64,000 nucleotides of DNA from Candidatus Limnocylindrales bacterium (GTDB lineage Bacteria > Chloroflexota > Limnocylindria > Limnocylindrales > CSP1-4): assembly GCA_050014975.1 (NCBI GenBank), contig JBEKCH010000007.1, positions 3,785 to 67,784 of the forward strand. The letters are read 5' to 3'. The notes beneath the pieces were generated by a model that worked only from the letters and a program-made list of their open reading frames with translations, made no database searches and was not told where the DNA came from. The translations under genes were made by a program, and so were the position numbers. Below are positions 44,118 to 53,852 of this stretch, piece by piece (the first letter of the stretch is position 1; the number at the start of each line of letters is the position of its first letter).

Positions 44118-45086
44118 TCACCCCCGCACGAGCTGGTGTGCCGAAACCTTGTCCTTCTCCAGTGTGATCAGCGCGCCGTTCAGCGTACCGGTCGAGTAGT
44201 CGCTGCCGGGATTGATGGCGATCGTCCGACCGACCCGCCGGATGCCCGACGACTCGTGGATGTGGCCGTGCAGGCCCAGGAGGGGCTGGCGAGCGGTCAG
44301 GAGATCCCACACCGCCGTGCTCCCGACCGGCGCCATCTTGACCTGGCCCAGGACCTGCTGGACCTGCAGGTTCTCGTCCAGCACCGGCGCGTCGTCGAGC
44401 TGGGTGCCGAACGGCGGGACGTGGACGTTGACGATCGCCCGCTCGGGCTGGGTTAGCTGGCGGGCCAGTTTGTCCAGCGAGATCGTCAGTTCAGGCTCGG
44501 TCTGCTCGCGGTAACTGTGCCAGGGGGTGATGTTCGAGAAGCCCCAGCTCATCATCTCGTGGTCGTCGTCGAGCCAGATGACCTTGCCATCGTCGTGCTC
44601 GCCCCACGGGGCGGAGTCCAGCAACTCGGCCAGGGGCGGCGGGTCGTCGTTGCCGAGCATGAAGAAGAGGCGCTTGCCGGTGGGTCTCAGCCGCTCGTCC
44701 GCGAGCGCCAGCCAGCCCTCGAGCCGCTGGCGCATCAGGCGCAGGAAGAGCTCGTCGAGGGTGCCCATCGCCTTGCGCTGCTCGAGCTCCCCGGGCTCGG
44801 CTCGATACGGGTAGTAGCCGTGATCTTCGATGAGTTTCTCGAGGGCGGCGAGCTCCGGTCCATCTTCGACCTCGTAGCTGGTGCCGATGAAGCTGCACAG
44901 GTACTTGCCGCCCGGCGCGCGAACGATCGACTGGATGGCCTTGCCGGCCAGGTCGCCGCCCAGGACCATGACGTCCGCGCCGTAGACGGGCCCGGCGTTC
45001 AGGAACTTGCGGAAGCACTTCGAAGACCCGTGCAGGTCCGTGACGAAGTAGAGCCGCGTCTTGCCCGCCATAGTGCGAGCCGTCAC
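44118..45086 (-). CDS. metallophosphoesterase
   Basis: Has LYFVTDLHGS, VLGGDLAGK, LGNDDP and GLHGHIHES. Confidence 0.6.
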   Translation of the reverse strand: MTARTMAGKTRLYFVTDLHGSSKCFRKFLNAGPVYGADVMVLGGDLAGKAIQSIVRAPGGKYLCSFIGTSYEVEDGPELAALEKLIEDHGYYPYRAEPGELEQRKAMGTLDELFLRLMRQRLEGWLALADERLRPTGKRLFFMLGNDDPPPLAELLDSAPWGEHDDGKVIWLDDDHEMMSWGFSNITPWHSYREQTEPELTISLDKLARQLTQPERAIVNVHVPPFGTQLDDAPVLDENLQVQQVLGQVKMAPVGSTAVWDLLTARQPLLGLHGHIHESSGIRRVGRTIAINPGSDYSTGTLNGALITLEKDKVSAHQLVRG

Positions 45087-45898
45087 GAGCCGATCGAGGC
45101 GCGGACCCTGCGGACCGCGTCCATCAGGCGTCGGGCGCGGTCGGGATCTACGGCGTTCCAGGTGATGCCGTCGACCTTGAGGCTGGTGCCGACGATCGCG
45201 CCGTCCGCGACCTTGAAGATTTCCGGGACACGATCCGCGGAGACCCCGGTGTTGGCGATGATCGGCGTCTCGGGGGCCGCCTGCTTGGCCTCGATCAGAT
45301 CGCCCAGCGCCATCGGGCTGCCGGCCGCCCAGCCGCTGATGAGGATCGCGTCCATGCCCATGAACGCCGCACCGCGGGCCCGGTCGGCGACGCTCCGCGT
45401 CCCGAGAGGGCTGCTGAACTCGGGCGAGATGTTGTCGAAGAGGGCCACGTTCGCCGCGCCGATCGCGGCGCGGTAGCCGGAGATCTCACCGATGTCGGGC
45501 GCGATGATGCCGAGGTCGGACTCGTAGACGCCCGTCAGCACCTCGCGGATGAACGACGCGCCGGTGGCGCGGGCCACCGCCAGGCTGGCCATCGGGTCCC
45601 ACAGCAGGTTGACGCCGAATGGGACTCGAATGCGATCGCGCAGCCGGCCGACGGTCGCCGCCATCGCCGTCGCGATCTCGACGCCCACCTTCAGCTGGTA
45701 GGGGTAGTCCTTCTCGTTGCAGAAGAGCACGCCGTCGACGCCAGCTTCCTGCAGCACCTCGAGGTCGCGCGCCACCGGGGCCAGGATGGCATCCGGCCCA
45801 CCCGCGACATCGTGCAGCGGGCGTCCGGGCAGACCGGGCAGATGGAGCATGGCGACGACGGGTTTCTTGACGCCAAAGATGCGGTCCAGGCTGCTCAT
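45083..45898 (-). CDS. BtpA/SgcQ-family TIM-barrel protein
   Basis: Has VVAMLHLPGLPG...LQEAGVDGVLFCNE, and a later GAIVGTSLK segment. Confidence 0.55.
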   Translation of the reverse strand: MSSLDRIFGVKKPVVAMLHLPGLPGRPLHDVAGGPDAILAPVARDLEVLQEAGVDGVLFCNEKDYPYQLKVGVEIATAMAATVGRLRDRIRVPFGVNLLWDPMASLAVARATGASFIREVLTGVYESDLGIIAPDIGEISGYRAAIGAANVALFDNISPEFSSPLGTRSVADRARGAAFMGMDAILISGWAAGSPMALGDLIEAKQAAPETPIIANTGVSADRVPEIFKVADGAIVGTSLKVDGITWNAVDPDRARRLMDAVRRVRASIGS

Positions 45899-45905
45899 GC
45901 TGCTC

Positions 45906-46715
45906 TCAGGCCTCCGCTGCCTCGTCTTCTTCGGTGTGCCGGCGGCTCCCGGCCACCGCGACCACGACCTTCATGCCAACGGCCCGGAGCGCCTCAAGCT
46001 CGCTCTCGGGAGCGGAGGCGTCCGTGACCAGGGTGTGAATGCTCTGTGCCGGCGCGACCATGGCGCTGGCCACCTGCCCGATCTTCGACCCGTCGGCGAT
46101 CACCATCAGCCGCTCGCTTCGCTCGATGGCGACGCGGTGGATCTCGGCCTCTTCGTCGTTCAGGTCGGTCAGGCCCCAGCGGGCCGTCAGGCCGGCCGTG
46201 CCCAGGACGGCCAGGTCGAAGCGATACCGCTCCAACGTGGCGCGCGCGGCCGGACCCACGCAGCTCAGCTCGTCACGCCGGACGTCGCCTCCCAGCACGA
46301 CGGCGCGCGAGGGCCGGGTCCCCAGCATGCCGGCGATCGGCAGAGATCCGGTCACCACCGTCAGGTCGGCACGGGCGGGGAGATACCTGGCGAAATGCTC
46401 CGCCGTGGTGCCGATGCCCACGTAGAGCAGACGCGCATCCTCGATGAGCCCGGCCGCGGTCAGGGCGATGAGCCGCTTCTCGCGGGCGTTGGCCAGGGCG
46501 CGGGCGTTGAAGGCCACGTCCAGGGAGCGGGTCAGGTGGGCGGTGGCTCCGCCGTAGGTGCGGCGCAGAAAGCCGTCGCGCTCCAGGCGGGCGATGTCGC
46601 GCCGGATCGTCATTTCCGAGCAGCCGTACTCGCGGGCGAGGTCGGCGACCTGGATCGACACGCCCTCGGCTACTCGCTCGATGATCTTCACGCGGCGGTC
46701 TGCGGCCAGTGGCAT
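45906..46715 (-). CDS. DeoR/GlpR-family transcriptional regulator
   Basis: Has the N-terminal HTH VADLAREYGCSEMTIRRDIARLERDG and a DeoR C-terminal sensor pattern. Confidence 0.8.
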   Translation of the reverse strand: MPLAADRRVKIIERVAEGVSIQVADLAREYGCSEMTIRRDIARLERDGFLRRTYGGATAHLTRSLDVAFNARALANAREKRLIALTAAGLIEDARLLYVGIGTTAEHFARYLPARADLTVVTGSLPIAGMLGTRPSRAVVLGGDVRRDELSCVGPAARATLERYRFDLAVLGTAGLTARWGLTDLNDEEAEIHRVAIERSERLMVIADGSKIGQVASAMVAPAQSIHTLVTDASAPESELEALRAVGMKVVVAVAGSRRHTEEDEAAEA

Positions 46716-46790
46716 CGGGGGATCTTTCCGGTTTGGGGCGCTTCCGTCTCCACGAAGGCTCTAACAGACTCGAACATCTGAATTGATGAT

Positions 46791-46825
46791 ATCGCACATA
46801 ACTTGATTGACGCTAGGTGTGCGAT
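46791..46825. promoter_or_regulatory. 8-nt inverted repeat flanking a TTGACG hexamer in an AT-rich divergent intergenic region (candidate operator/promoter)
   Basis: atcgcaca (46791-46798) and tgtgcgat (46818-46825) are exact reverse complements. ttgacg lies at 46807-46812. This is the only markedly AT-rich intergenic stretch in this part of the window. Confidence 0.4.
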
Positions 46826-46943
46826 TGTGTTTACATTCCGTTGGGCTGAAGGACTGTCGAGCGGCGGACCCTGCTGTGAGGCCCGGGCTGCAGCATCCTC
46901 GGCCGGAGACGCGATCCTCGCGAGGATCGCCAGGAGGTGACGA

Positions 46944-48560
46944 GTGGCAGGAGGTAGTCAGCTCTTCGTCCGCCAGAGCACCGGCCTCGTACGGGAGGCC
47001 AACGCCCTCGACGCGACGATCTTCAACGCCGTCTTCTCGGCGCCGGTCGGCGCCACGCTGGCCTGGGGCGTCTTCTTCGCCCTGTCCGCTTTTCCCGGCT
47101 CGGACCTGGTTTGGGCGACGATCATCTCGTTCGTCATCAACATCCCCGTCCTGTTGATGATGGCGCTCCTGGCGTCGAGCATGCCGCGCACGGGAGGCGA
47201 CTACGTCTGGGTAAGCCGGATCCTGTCCCCGCCGCTGGCGTTGGTCTCCAACTTCGGGGCGGCTCTTTCGGCGACGATCGGGGCCACGTTCTGGGCCCGG
47301 TACTTCCCGGTCTACGCGCTCGGCCCCATCCTGGCGACCCTGGGCATCACGTTCGACAACAAGACCCTGGTCGACTGGGGCACGAGTTTCCAGACCGACA
47401 CCCACTGGGTCTTCGTCGGGGCGATGGTGATGGTCGTGCTCATGGGCGCGATCCTGATCGCTGGCCTGCGGACGACATTCCGCTGGCAGAACGCCTTCTG
47501 GATCATCGCCTCGGCCGGCACGTTCCTGGCGTTCATCGTGCTGGTCTTCGGAAACCACACTGACTTCGTCAACAACTTCAACTCGGTCAGCGCCAAGTAC
47601 GCCAGCCCCGCGGCGGCCACCCTCATCAGCAACGCCGGCGTCACGCCCGGATCTGTGGCAAACGCTGGCAACATGAACGCCACGCTCCCCTCCGTGTTCG
47701 TGATCATGACCTTCATGATGTGGAACTGGTGGTCGGTCTACCTGAGCGGCGAGCTCAAGAGCGCTGCAAACCGCGCTCGCCAGCTCTCCATCATGTTCGG
47801 GGCGCTCGCCTGGGACGTGATCTTCATCGTCGTCGGCGTGCTGCTCCTCTTCAAGGTGACCGGCTACGACTTCATGGTCGCGGTCAACTCGGCTACGTCC
47901 GGCTACCTCATCCCGACCGGGCCCTGGTACCACTTCCTGGCGGCCCTCACCTACAACATCCCGATCTTGACCTTCCTGATCGTCGGCTCGTTCCTGTTCT
48001 GGAGCCTGCCGGCCATGGTGGGTAACACCTACATGCCGATTCGAAGCTGGTTCGCCTGGTCCTTCGACCGCCTGCTGCCGGAGAAGCTCTCCGAGGTCAA
48101 CGAGCGGACCCACTCGCCGGTCTGGGCGATCATCTTCGAGATGGCGCTGGTCACCCTGATGCTCATCTGGAGCATCATCAGCACCACGTTCGGGACCTGG
48201 CTCGCGCTCGGCGTCCTGGCGGGCGTCGTCTGCGTCGTGATCGTGGGCTTTGCGGCGATAGCCTTCCCGTTCCGCCGGCCGGACCTGTATCAGGCCTCGC
48301 CGGCGAACTGGAAGTTCCTGGGGATCCCTGTGCTGTTCATCGTCGCTCCCCTCTCGATCATCGTGATGTTGTACCTGACCTGGTGCACCCTGGCCTTCCC
48401 GGCCCTGGCAATTGGCACCACGGCCAACTACTGGTGGGTCCCGGCCTTCATGGGCATGATCGTCGTGGTCGGCCTCGTCGTCTTCTACGTCTCCAAGTTC
48501 GTCAGGCGACAACAGGGCATCGACATCGACCTCGTCTACAAGGAACTCCCACCGGAGTGA
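46944..48560 (+). CDS. APC-superfamily amino acid/polyamine permease
   Basis: 538 aa with about 12 hydrophobic spans. The block LASSMPRTGGDYVWVSRIL is typical of APC permeases. Confidence 0.7.
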   Translation: MAGGSQLFVRQSTGLVREANALDATIFNAVFSAPVGATLAWGVFFALSAFPGSDLVWATIISFVINIPVLLMMALLASSMPRTGGDYVWVSRILSPPLALVSNFGAALSATIGATFWARYFPVYALGPILATLGITFDNKTLVDWGTSFQTDTHWVFVGAMVMVVLMGAILIAGLRTTFRWQNAFWIIASAGTFLAFIVLVFGNHTDFVNNFNSVSAKYASPAAATLISNAGVTPGSVANAGNMNATLPSVFVIMTFMMWNWWSVYLSGELKSAANRARQLSIMFGALAWDVIFIVVGVLLLFKVTGYDFMVAVNSATSGYLIPTGPWYHFLAALTYNIPILTFLIVGSFLFWSLPAMVGNTYMPIRSWFAWSFDRLLPEKLSEVNERTHSPVWAIIFEMALVTLMLIWSIISTTFGTWLALGVLAGVVCVVIVGFAAIAFPFRRPDLYQASPANWKFLGIPVLFIVAPLSIIVMLYLTWCTLAFPALAIGTTANYWWVPAFMGMIVVVGLVVFYVSKFVRRQQGIDIDLVYKELPPE

Positions 48561-48580
48561 CCCCTCCACTCCGGATCGCC

Positions 48581-48620
48581 CAGCGGCCCCGGCCAACAGC
48601 CGGGGCCGCTGCTGTTACTC
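48581..48620 (+). terminator. strong stem-loop terminator after the permease gene
   Basis: A 13-bp perfect stem, cagcggccccggc / gccggggccgctg, with loop caaca, is followed by ctgttactc. Confidence 0.6.
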
Positions 48621-48662
48621 TCCACCTGTCGAGAACTTCGCCCACGATCTGGAGTAGCAACC

Positions 48663-49421
48663 GTGCCCGACCCATCGGCCATCCTGCCTGACATCGAGGC
48701 CGAGGCCGAGCGTCTCTCCAGGCTCGCCGTCACGGAAGGAATCCCGATGCGCCTGATGGGCGGCCTGGCCGTCCGGCTCCGCTCCGAGTCGGTGCGCAAG
48801 TCACCCTACGTGCGCGAGTACGCGGACATGGACTTCGCTGCGAGCTCCAGTGCGCGCGGCCTGGTCAAGGCCTTCCTGGAGCGCGAGGGCTACGTACCCG
48901 AGAAGCTCTTCAATGCCATCCACGGCGCGCAGCGCCTCAATTACGCCGAGCCCAACGGCCGCTGGACGATGGACATCCTGATCGACGAGCTGGCGATGAG
49001 CCACCGCCTGGACCTGCGGGGCCGGCTCGACGGCCCGCAGCCCACGCTTTCGCTGGCGGACCTGACCCTCACCAAGCTGCAAATCTGGGAGATCAACCGG
49101 AAGGACCTGGGCGACGTGCTCTGCCTGCTGGCCGACCACCCGCTCGGGCAAGATGGCGACGGGGCGATCGGGCTCGATCGAATCGGAGCCGTGCTCGGCT
49201 CGGACTGGGGTTTCTGCCACACGGCCGAGCGTAACCTGGGCAAGGTTGCCGAGCTGTGGGCCGCCGAGCCGGTGGCGGGTGCCCGCTTCGACGTCGCCCG
49301 CCAGGTCGAGGGAATTGCCGCCGCCATCGCTGCCGCCCCAAAATCGCTCGGCTGGAGGGCGCGCGCCCGCGTCGGCGAACGCGTGCGCTGGTACGAGACT
49401 CCCGAAGAGGTCCAGCACTAG
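48663..49421 (+). CDS. hypothetical protein, possibly nucleotidyltransferase-fold
   Basis: MRLMGGLAVRL...YADMDFAAS resembles a minimal NTase G[GS]...DxD pattern. This is weak evidence. Confidence 0.3.
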   Translation: MPDPSAILPDIEAEAERLSRLAVTEGIPMRLMGGLAVRLRSESVRKSPYVREYADMDFAASSSARGLVKAFLEREGYVPEKLFNAIHGAQRLNYAEPNGRWTMDILIDELAMSHRLDLRGRLDGPQPTLSLADLTLTKLQIWEINRKDLGDVLCLLADHPLGQDGDGAIGLDRIGAVLGSDWGFCHTAERNLGKVAELWAAEPVAGARFDVARQVEGIAAAIAAAPKSLGWRARARVGERVRWYETPEEVQH

Positions 49422-49465
49422 GCCGCGCGATTCGGGCGCCCGCCGGCACCGCGTGACCGCGCGTT

Positions 49466-50320
49466 CTACCGGAACGCCGCCAGCACCTCGCGGCCGAGCA
49501 CCTCGATCGAGCGCGGCGAGGCCGGCCCGGGCCACGCGTCGAGGACGATCTTCTGGACCCCCGCCAGAGCGTAGGCGGAGAGCAGTCGCCGCTGCTCGGA
49601 CGGCGTGGCGTGCGCGTTCGCGCCGTCCCAGGCCAGCATCGCCGAGCGGCGAACCGCCGCCGGATCGCGGCTCACGGCGCGGCAGGCGTTGCCCAGCCGA
49701 ACGAAGACCTCGCGGCAGTCGTCCGGGCTCGGGTTGTCCAGGTTCAGCTCGTCCGCGTACATCGCCGCCAGGCGGACCAGCTTGGGCTTGCCGTGGCCGC
49801 CGACGACGATCGGCGGATGCGGCCGCTGCACCGGCTTGGGCTCGCAGACCGCGTCGCGCAAGCGGTAGTGGCGGCCTTCGAAGCTGAGATGAGACCTCGT
49901 CCACAGGCCGATCAGGATCTGCAGCTGTTCCTCGAGCATCTCGAAACGCTCGGCCAGGGACGGGTAGGGGATTCCGAAACGCTCGTGCTCCGCGTCGTAC
50001 CAGCCGGCTCCGATCCCCACGTCGACCCGCCCGGCGCTTATCTCATCGACGGTCGTGACCATCTTCGCCAGCTCGATCGGGAGCCGGAAGGTGACCGGGC
50101 TGACCATCGTGCCGAGGCGGATCCTCGTCGTGTCTCGGGCCAGAGCGGCCAGCGTCGTCCAGGCCTCGGTCGCGTGAGCCGACCAGTCCCCCTTGAGAGA
50201 GAGCCAGTGGTCCGACCGAACGAAAGACTCGAACCCGGCGGCCTCGGCCATCTGCGCCAGCTCGCACATGCGCGAGTAGGGCAGGCCTTCCTGAGGATCG
50301 ACCATGAAGGCGAAGCGCAT
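49466..50320 (-). CDS. LLM-class (luciferase-like) F420-dependent oxidoreductase
   Basis: Has MRFAFMVDPQEG...AEAAGFESFVRSDHW and a luciferase-like TIM-barrel pattern. Confidence 0.65.
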   Translation of the reverse strand: MRFAFMVDPQEGLPYSRMCELAQMAEAAGFESFVRSDHWLSLKGDWSAHATEAWTTLAALARDTTRIRLGTMVSPVTFRLPIELAKMVTTVDEISAGRVDVGIGAGWYDAEHERFGIPYPSLAERFEMLEEQLQILIGLWTRSHLSFEGRHYRLRDAVCEPKPVQRPHPPIVVGGHGKPKLVRLAAMYADELNLDNPSPDDCREVFVRLGNACRAVSRDPAAVRRSAMLAWDGANAHATPSEQRRLLSAYALAGVQKIVLDAWPGPASPRSIEVLGREVLAAFR

Positions 50321-50557
50321 CGATCGGTTCCTCGCTACCCGGGGCTCTCAGCGTCTCTCGCGACCCGGCCCGATCCTCGCCCGGCCGTGGTGCATCTGTC
50401 GTGCATGTCGTACAGCACGAGTCAAGGGCGTGCAAGGCCCGTCGAGCTTCAGCGTCGACCCGCCGGGCTGACGACGTTTCGATCCGAATGTAGGATCGAG
50501 GCTGCATGCGCGGCCCGCCCGACCGCGAGAACGACCCAGCTGACCCGGAGGCACCAC

Positions 50558-51136
50558 GTGGCCGAGTTCAAGATCGAGCCGGCGAAGACGGCGCTAGTGG
50601 CAATCGACCTCCAGCGCGGCATCGTCTCGGCGCCGGCGGCGCCGCGGAGCGGGCTGGAAGTGGTCCAGAAGGTCGCGCAGCTGGCGAAAGCGCTTCGAGC
50701 GGCCGGGGGAACTGTCGTTTTGACGCGGGTCACGCCGTCCGCCGACGGCAAGGACGGCCTCAGGCCCCTCACCGATGCCGCTCAGGCAGCCGGCCGGACG
50801 CTGCCACCCGACTGGGCCGAGCTCGTGCCGGAGCTCGGGGTCCAGCCGACCGACCTGACCATCACCAAGCGCCAGTGGGGCGCCTTCTACGGCACAGAGC
50901 TGGATCTGCAGCTGCGCCGCCGGGGCGTGGACACGATCATCCTGTGCGGCATCTCGACCAGCGTCGGTGTCGAAAGCACGGCCCGTGACGCTTACGAGCG
51001 CGGCTACAACCAGGTTTTCGTGGAGGACGCGATGGCCGGCCGCGACCCCGAAGAGCATCGCCACACGGTGCTTTCTCTGTTCCCGCGCATCGGGCGGGTT
51101 CGGTCGACCGCCGAGGTTCTCGCGGCGATCGGGTGA
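50558..51136 (+). CDS. isochorismatase-family hydrolase
   Basis: The GTG at 50558 follows GGAG. Has ALVAIDLQ, ITKRQWGAFYGTELD and IILCGISTSVGVEST (catalytic Cys context). Confidence 0.75.
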   Translation: MAEFKIEPAKTALVAIDLQRGIVSAPAAPRSGLEVVQKVAQLAKALRAAGGTVVLTRVTPSADGKDGLRPLTDAAQAAGRTLPPDWAELVPELGVQPTDLTITKRQWGAFYGTELDLQLRRRGVDTIILCGISTSVGVESTARDAYERGYNQVFVEDAMAGRDPEEHRHTVLSLFPRIGRVRSTAEVLAAIG

Positions 51137-51250
51137 CCTCTCGCACCCGGGAATCCGATCGGGAGCGGTCGGGCCGAGGCGCCGTGCCGTCCTCTTACAC
51201 TCCCCTTACGAAGCGGTGGTACCAGTGCTGCCCGTAAGTCGAGATCATCG

Positions 51251-51640
51251 ATGGCGTCGGTTCCAGGTCGGCATCAGGGAGACGTAGTGGCGCAACGATC
51301 TAGCGCACGAGGGCTGGGGGCGGCCGCCGCGGCGCTCCTCCTGGGTCTGGCCGTGATCGCCTGCGGTCCGCGGGGTGCGACGCCGGCGCCCAGCGGCCTG
51401 CCCGGGCCAACGGCGAGCCCGACTTCGAGCGCCCCGGGGGCGGGCTCGACCGCCCAATCGTCGGGGCCGTCGGCTTCCGATTCGGGGTCGGCCTCCGCGT
51501 CGGCGTCCGCGTCGGTCACGCCGGGCGGTCCGGCCACCCCCGATCCCGTGGCCAGCGAGCTTGACCAGATCAACCAGCTGATCAACGACATCAACAACTC
51601 AATCTCGAACTCGGACTCGTCGCAGCAGGGCGGCGAGTAG
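51251..51640 (+). CDS. putative lipoprotein with low-complexity Ser/Ala/Pro region and Asn/Gln-rich tail
   Basis: Has the lipobox-like LAVIAC, then the PTSSAPGAGSTAQSSGPSASDSGSASASASAS region, and ends ELDQINQLINDINNSISNS. Confidence 0.5.
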   Translation: MASVPGRHQGDVVAQRSSARGLGAAAAALLLGLAVIACGPRGATPAPSGLPGPTASPTSSAPGAGSTAQSSGPSASDSGSASASASASVTPGGPATPDPVASELDQINQLINDINNSISNSDSSQQGGE

Positions 51641-51660
51641 GCCGCCAGATCGAAGGATCC

Positions 51661-52428
51661 TTGATGTACGCCCGCTTTCACAGAGTCATCGTCGTAATCG
51701 GGGCGATCGCACTGGTGCTCACCTCATCGGCGAGCGTGGGGGCCGCGTCGCCCGCCCCGGTCGTCGGCGGGCCGAGCGGGCAGGGCGTCTGCGCGGCACA
51801 GGCTCGGGCGGCTCGCTCGAACGGGACGGTCGCTGCCCTGCGCGCCTTCGGCAATTGCGAGATCGCACGACGGCAGGCCACGCTCACCACCCTGGCCGCT
51901 GCGGTCAGAGGCTCGAAGGTCCTGACGGCCTCCGACCGCTCCGCGCTGGCGTCCATGATCGCTGCCGATTCCTCCGGGCTCGCCACGCTCAAGACCGCGA
52001 TTAGCGGCACGGTTTCACTGCCGACGCTGAAGCTCGAAATCGTGGCGATCGCGTCGAAGTACCGCGTCTACCTGCTGCTCGGCCCGCAGGTCTACCTGAC
52101 GAATGCCGCCGACGGCGTGCTCGCGCTGCAGCCCGCCCTCTCGGGGCTGGCGGCAGACCTGGCGCGGCGCATCGCCGCGGCCCAGGCGAGCGGCGCGGAC
52201 GTGACTGCGGCTCAGGCCGCGCTCGACGCCATGAACTCCGAGACCGCCGCGGCGATGAGCCTGGCCTCTCCGGTGCCTGGCATGCTGCTGCCGCTGACGG
52301 CGGCGGACTGGAACGGCGGAACGGCCGGGCCGGTCATCGTGCGCGCGCGCTCGGCCCTGGTGGCGGCCGGCGCGGACCTCCGGAGCGCGGTCAGCCACGC
52401 CCGCGCGGCGCTCGCCGGGCTCGAGTAG
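51661..52428 (+). CDS. secreted hypothetical protein (Ala-rich helical)
   Basis: Has the signal-like N-terminus VIVVIGAIALVLTSSASVGAASP. No family was recognised. Confidence 0.45.
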   Translation: MMYARFHRVIVVIGAIALVLTSSASVGAASPAPVVGGPSGQGVCAAQARAARSNGTVAALRAFGNCEIARRQATLTTLAAAVRGSKVLTASDRSALASMIAADSSGLATLKTAISGTVSLPTLKLEIVAIASKYRVYLLLGPQVYLTNAADGVLALQPALSGLAADLARRIAAAQASGADVTAAQAALDAMNSETAAAMSLASPVPGMLLPLTAADWNGGTAGPVIVRARSALVAAGADLRSAVSHARAALAGLE

Positions 52429-52532
52429 CCTGAGGGCCGGGCTCCAGAAACCGGCTTTCACCCTGGGCGTTGACCCTCAGCCGCGTCTCAGGCACGTGCA
52501 ACGTTCTCGCCTGAAGACACACCCAGGACAAC

Positions 52533-52573
52533 GAAACAGCCGGCCGCGGAGGGGAAAAGCGACCGGCTGTTTC
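52533..52573. terminator. hairpin between convergent genes (possible bidirectional terminator)
   Basis: gaaacagccgg (52533-52543) and ccggctgtttc (52563-52573) are perfect 11-nt reverse complements. T-rich flanks are present on both strands. Confidence 0.5.
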
Positions 52574-52759
52574 TCATTCGCGGCCGGGCTGGACCCCGGC
52601 TCGACCACGCCGGCATTGGGCCACCCGTTTGTGAGCAAACGCTGAATTTCGGCCGATTGGAGGGATTCCCCCGGCCCGGCGAGCCCACCCAGCGCCTTTC
52701 GTGACGGGTTCCGGCGCGCCGAACGCCTCCAAGGACGCGCCTCGGGCCGCGGCGACCCC

Positions 52760-53852
52760 TCAGGGTGCTCCGGCAGCCCAGGCCTCGACAGACGTCGTAA
52801 CAGGCGCCCCGCTCGAAGCGGACTCTTCGATCGCCAGCGCCACCAGGTGGTCCTGGCAGCCGTCCGCCAGTGGATACGGAGCCGCGCCCTCGCCGCGTAC
52901 CCAGGCCGCCATCGCCGTCAGCATGGTGCCGATCGCGATCTCCTCGTCGTTGAGGCGCAGCCCCGGGAACGGATTGCGGTAGAGGATGGTGTCACCCAGG
53001 CTGATGTGGTCCGTGTCGAAGCCGTCGAGATCGAGGTCGTATCCGGTCTGGCGGCGCACCAGCGGTGAGCGCGCGATCGTCCGGGGTCCGACGAGCCGAA
53101 CCACCTCGTCGTTCGCGATCTCCCCCGCCGAGCCGCGGATCACGATCCGGCGCGACCGCAGCTGGTTGTGCCACTGGTTTTCGGTGAAGTCGTAGAGCCC
53201 CATGGATCCCCCGAAGTCGATGGTGGCGATGGTCGTCTTCGCCTCCTTCGGCCGGTCGTCGTCGGTCCAGCTGTCGCGAGCCAGCGGGTCGATCAGGGGG
53301 GCGACGAAGGTCCGGGCGTTCACCGTCGCAGGCTTGAACCGGGCACCGAGGAAGGCCCTCATCAGGGCGACGGCTTGATACAGGTGCGTCGAGGAAACCT
53401 GGACCGAGGTGACCGTGCCGATCGCCCCCCAGGCGGACGAGCGCCAACCGCGAGGCGTGGCTGGGCATGCGCGGGTACTGCTCGGCGACCTGGACCAGGC
53501 CGCTCGCCCCCACCGATTGCCACAGGCTCCGGAGCCCATCCAGGTTGGGCGCGGGCGGCGTCTCGGAGAGGACCGGCAACCCGAGCTCGACTGCGGCCTG
53601 CACCAGGCCCGGCGTCGCCGCCCACGGCACGCTGACCACCACGAAGTCCGGACGCTGGCTCGTCACCAGCTCCGAGAGCGAGCCGTATGCGGGCACGTCC
53701 CACTGCCCGGCCATCTGCTCGGTCTTGTCCGGGCTGTGCCCGACGAGGCCGGCCGCCTCGAGCTGCGCCGGGATCAGGCGGGCCAGCCGCAGGTAGAACT
53801 GCGCTCGCCAGCCGGTGCCGACGACGCCGAACCGGCATGGCATCGCCGTCAT
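52760..53852 (-). pseudogene. Gfo/Idh/MocA-family oxidoreductase interrupted by a frameshift
   Basis: The Rossmann half (CRFGVVGTGWRAQFY...VAEQYPRMP) is in ORF 52992..53852. The C-terminal half (AIGTVTSVQVSSTH...) is in ORF 52760..53539. The frames switch around a C6 run at 53425-53430. Confidence 0.6.

Noticed and set aside
51485-51516. Short tandem gcgtcggc-type repeats that might be a VNTR or mini-array.
   Set aside because: They lie inside the lipoprotein ORF and simply encode the SASASASAS low-complexity run. There is no spacer-repeat structure.
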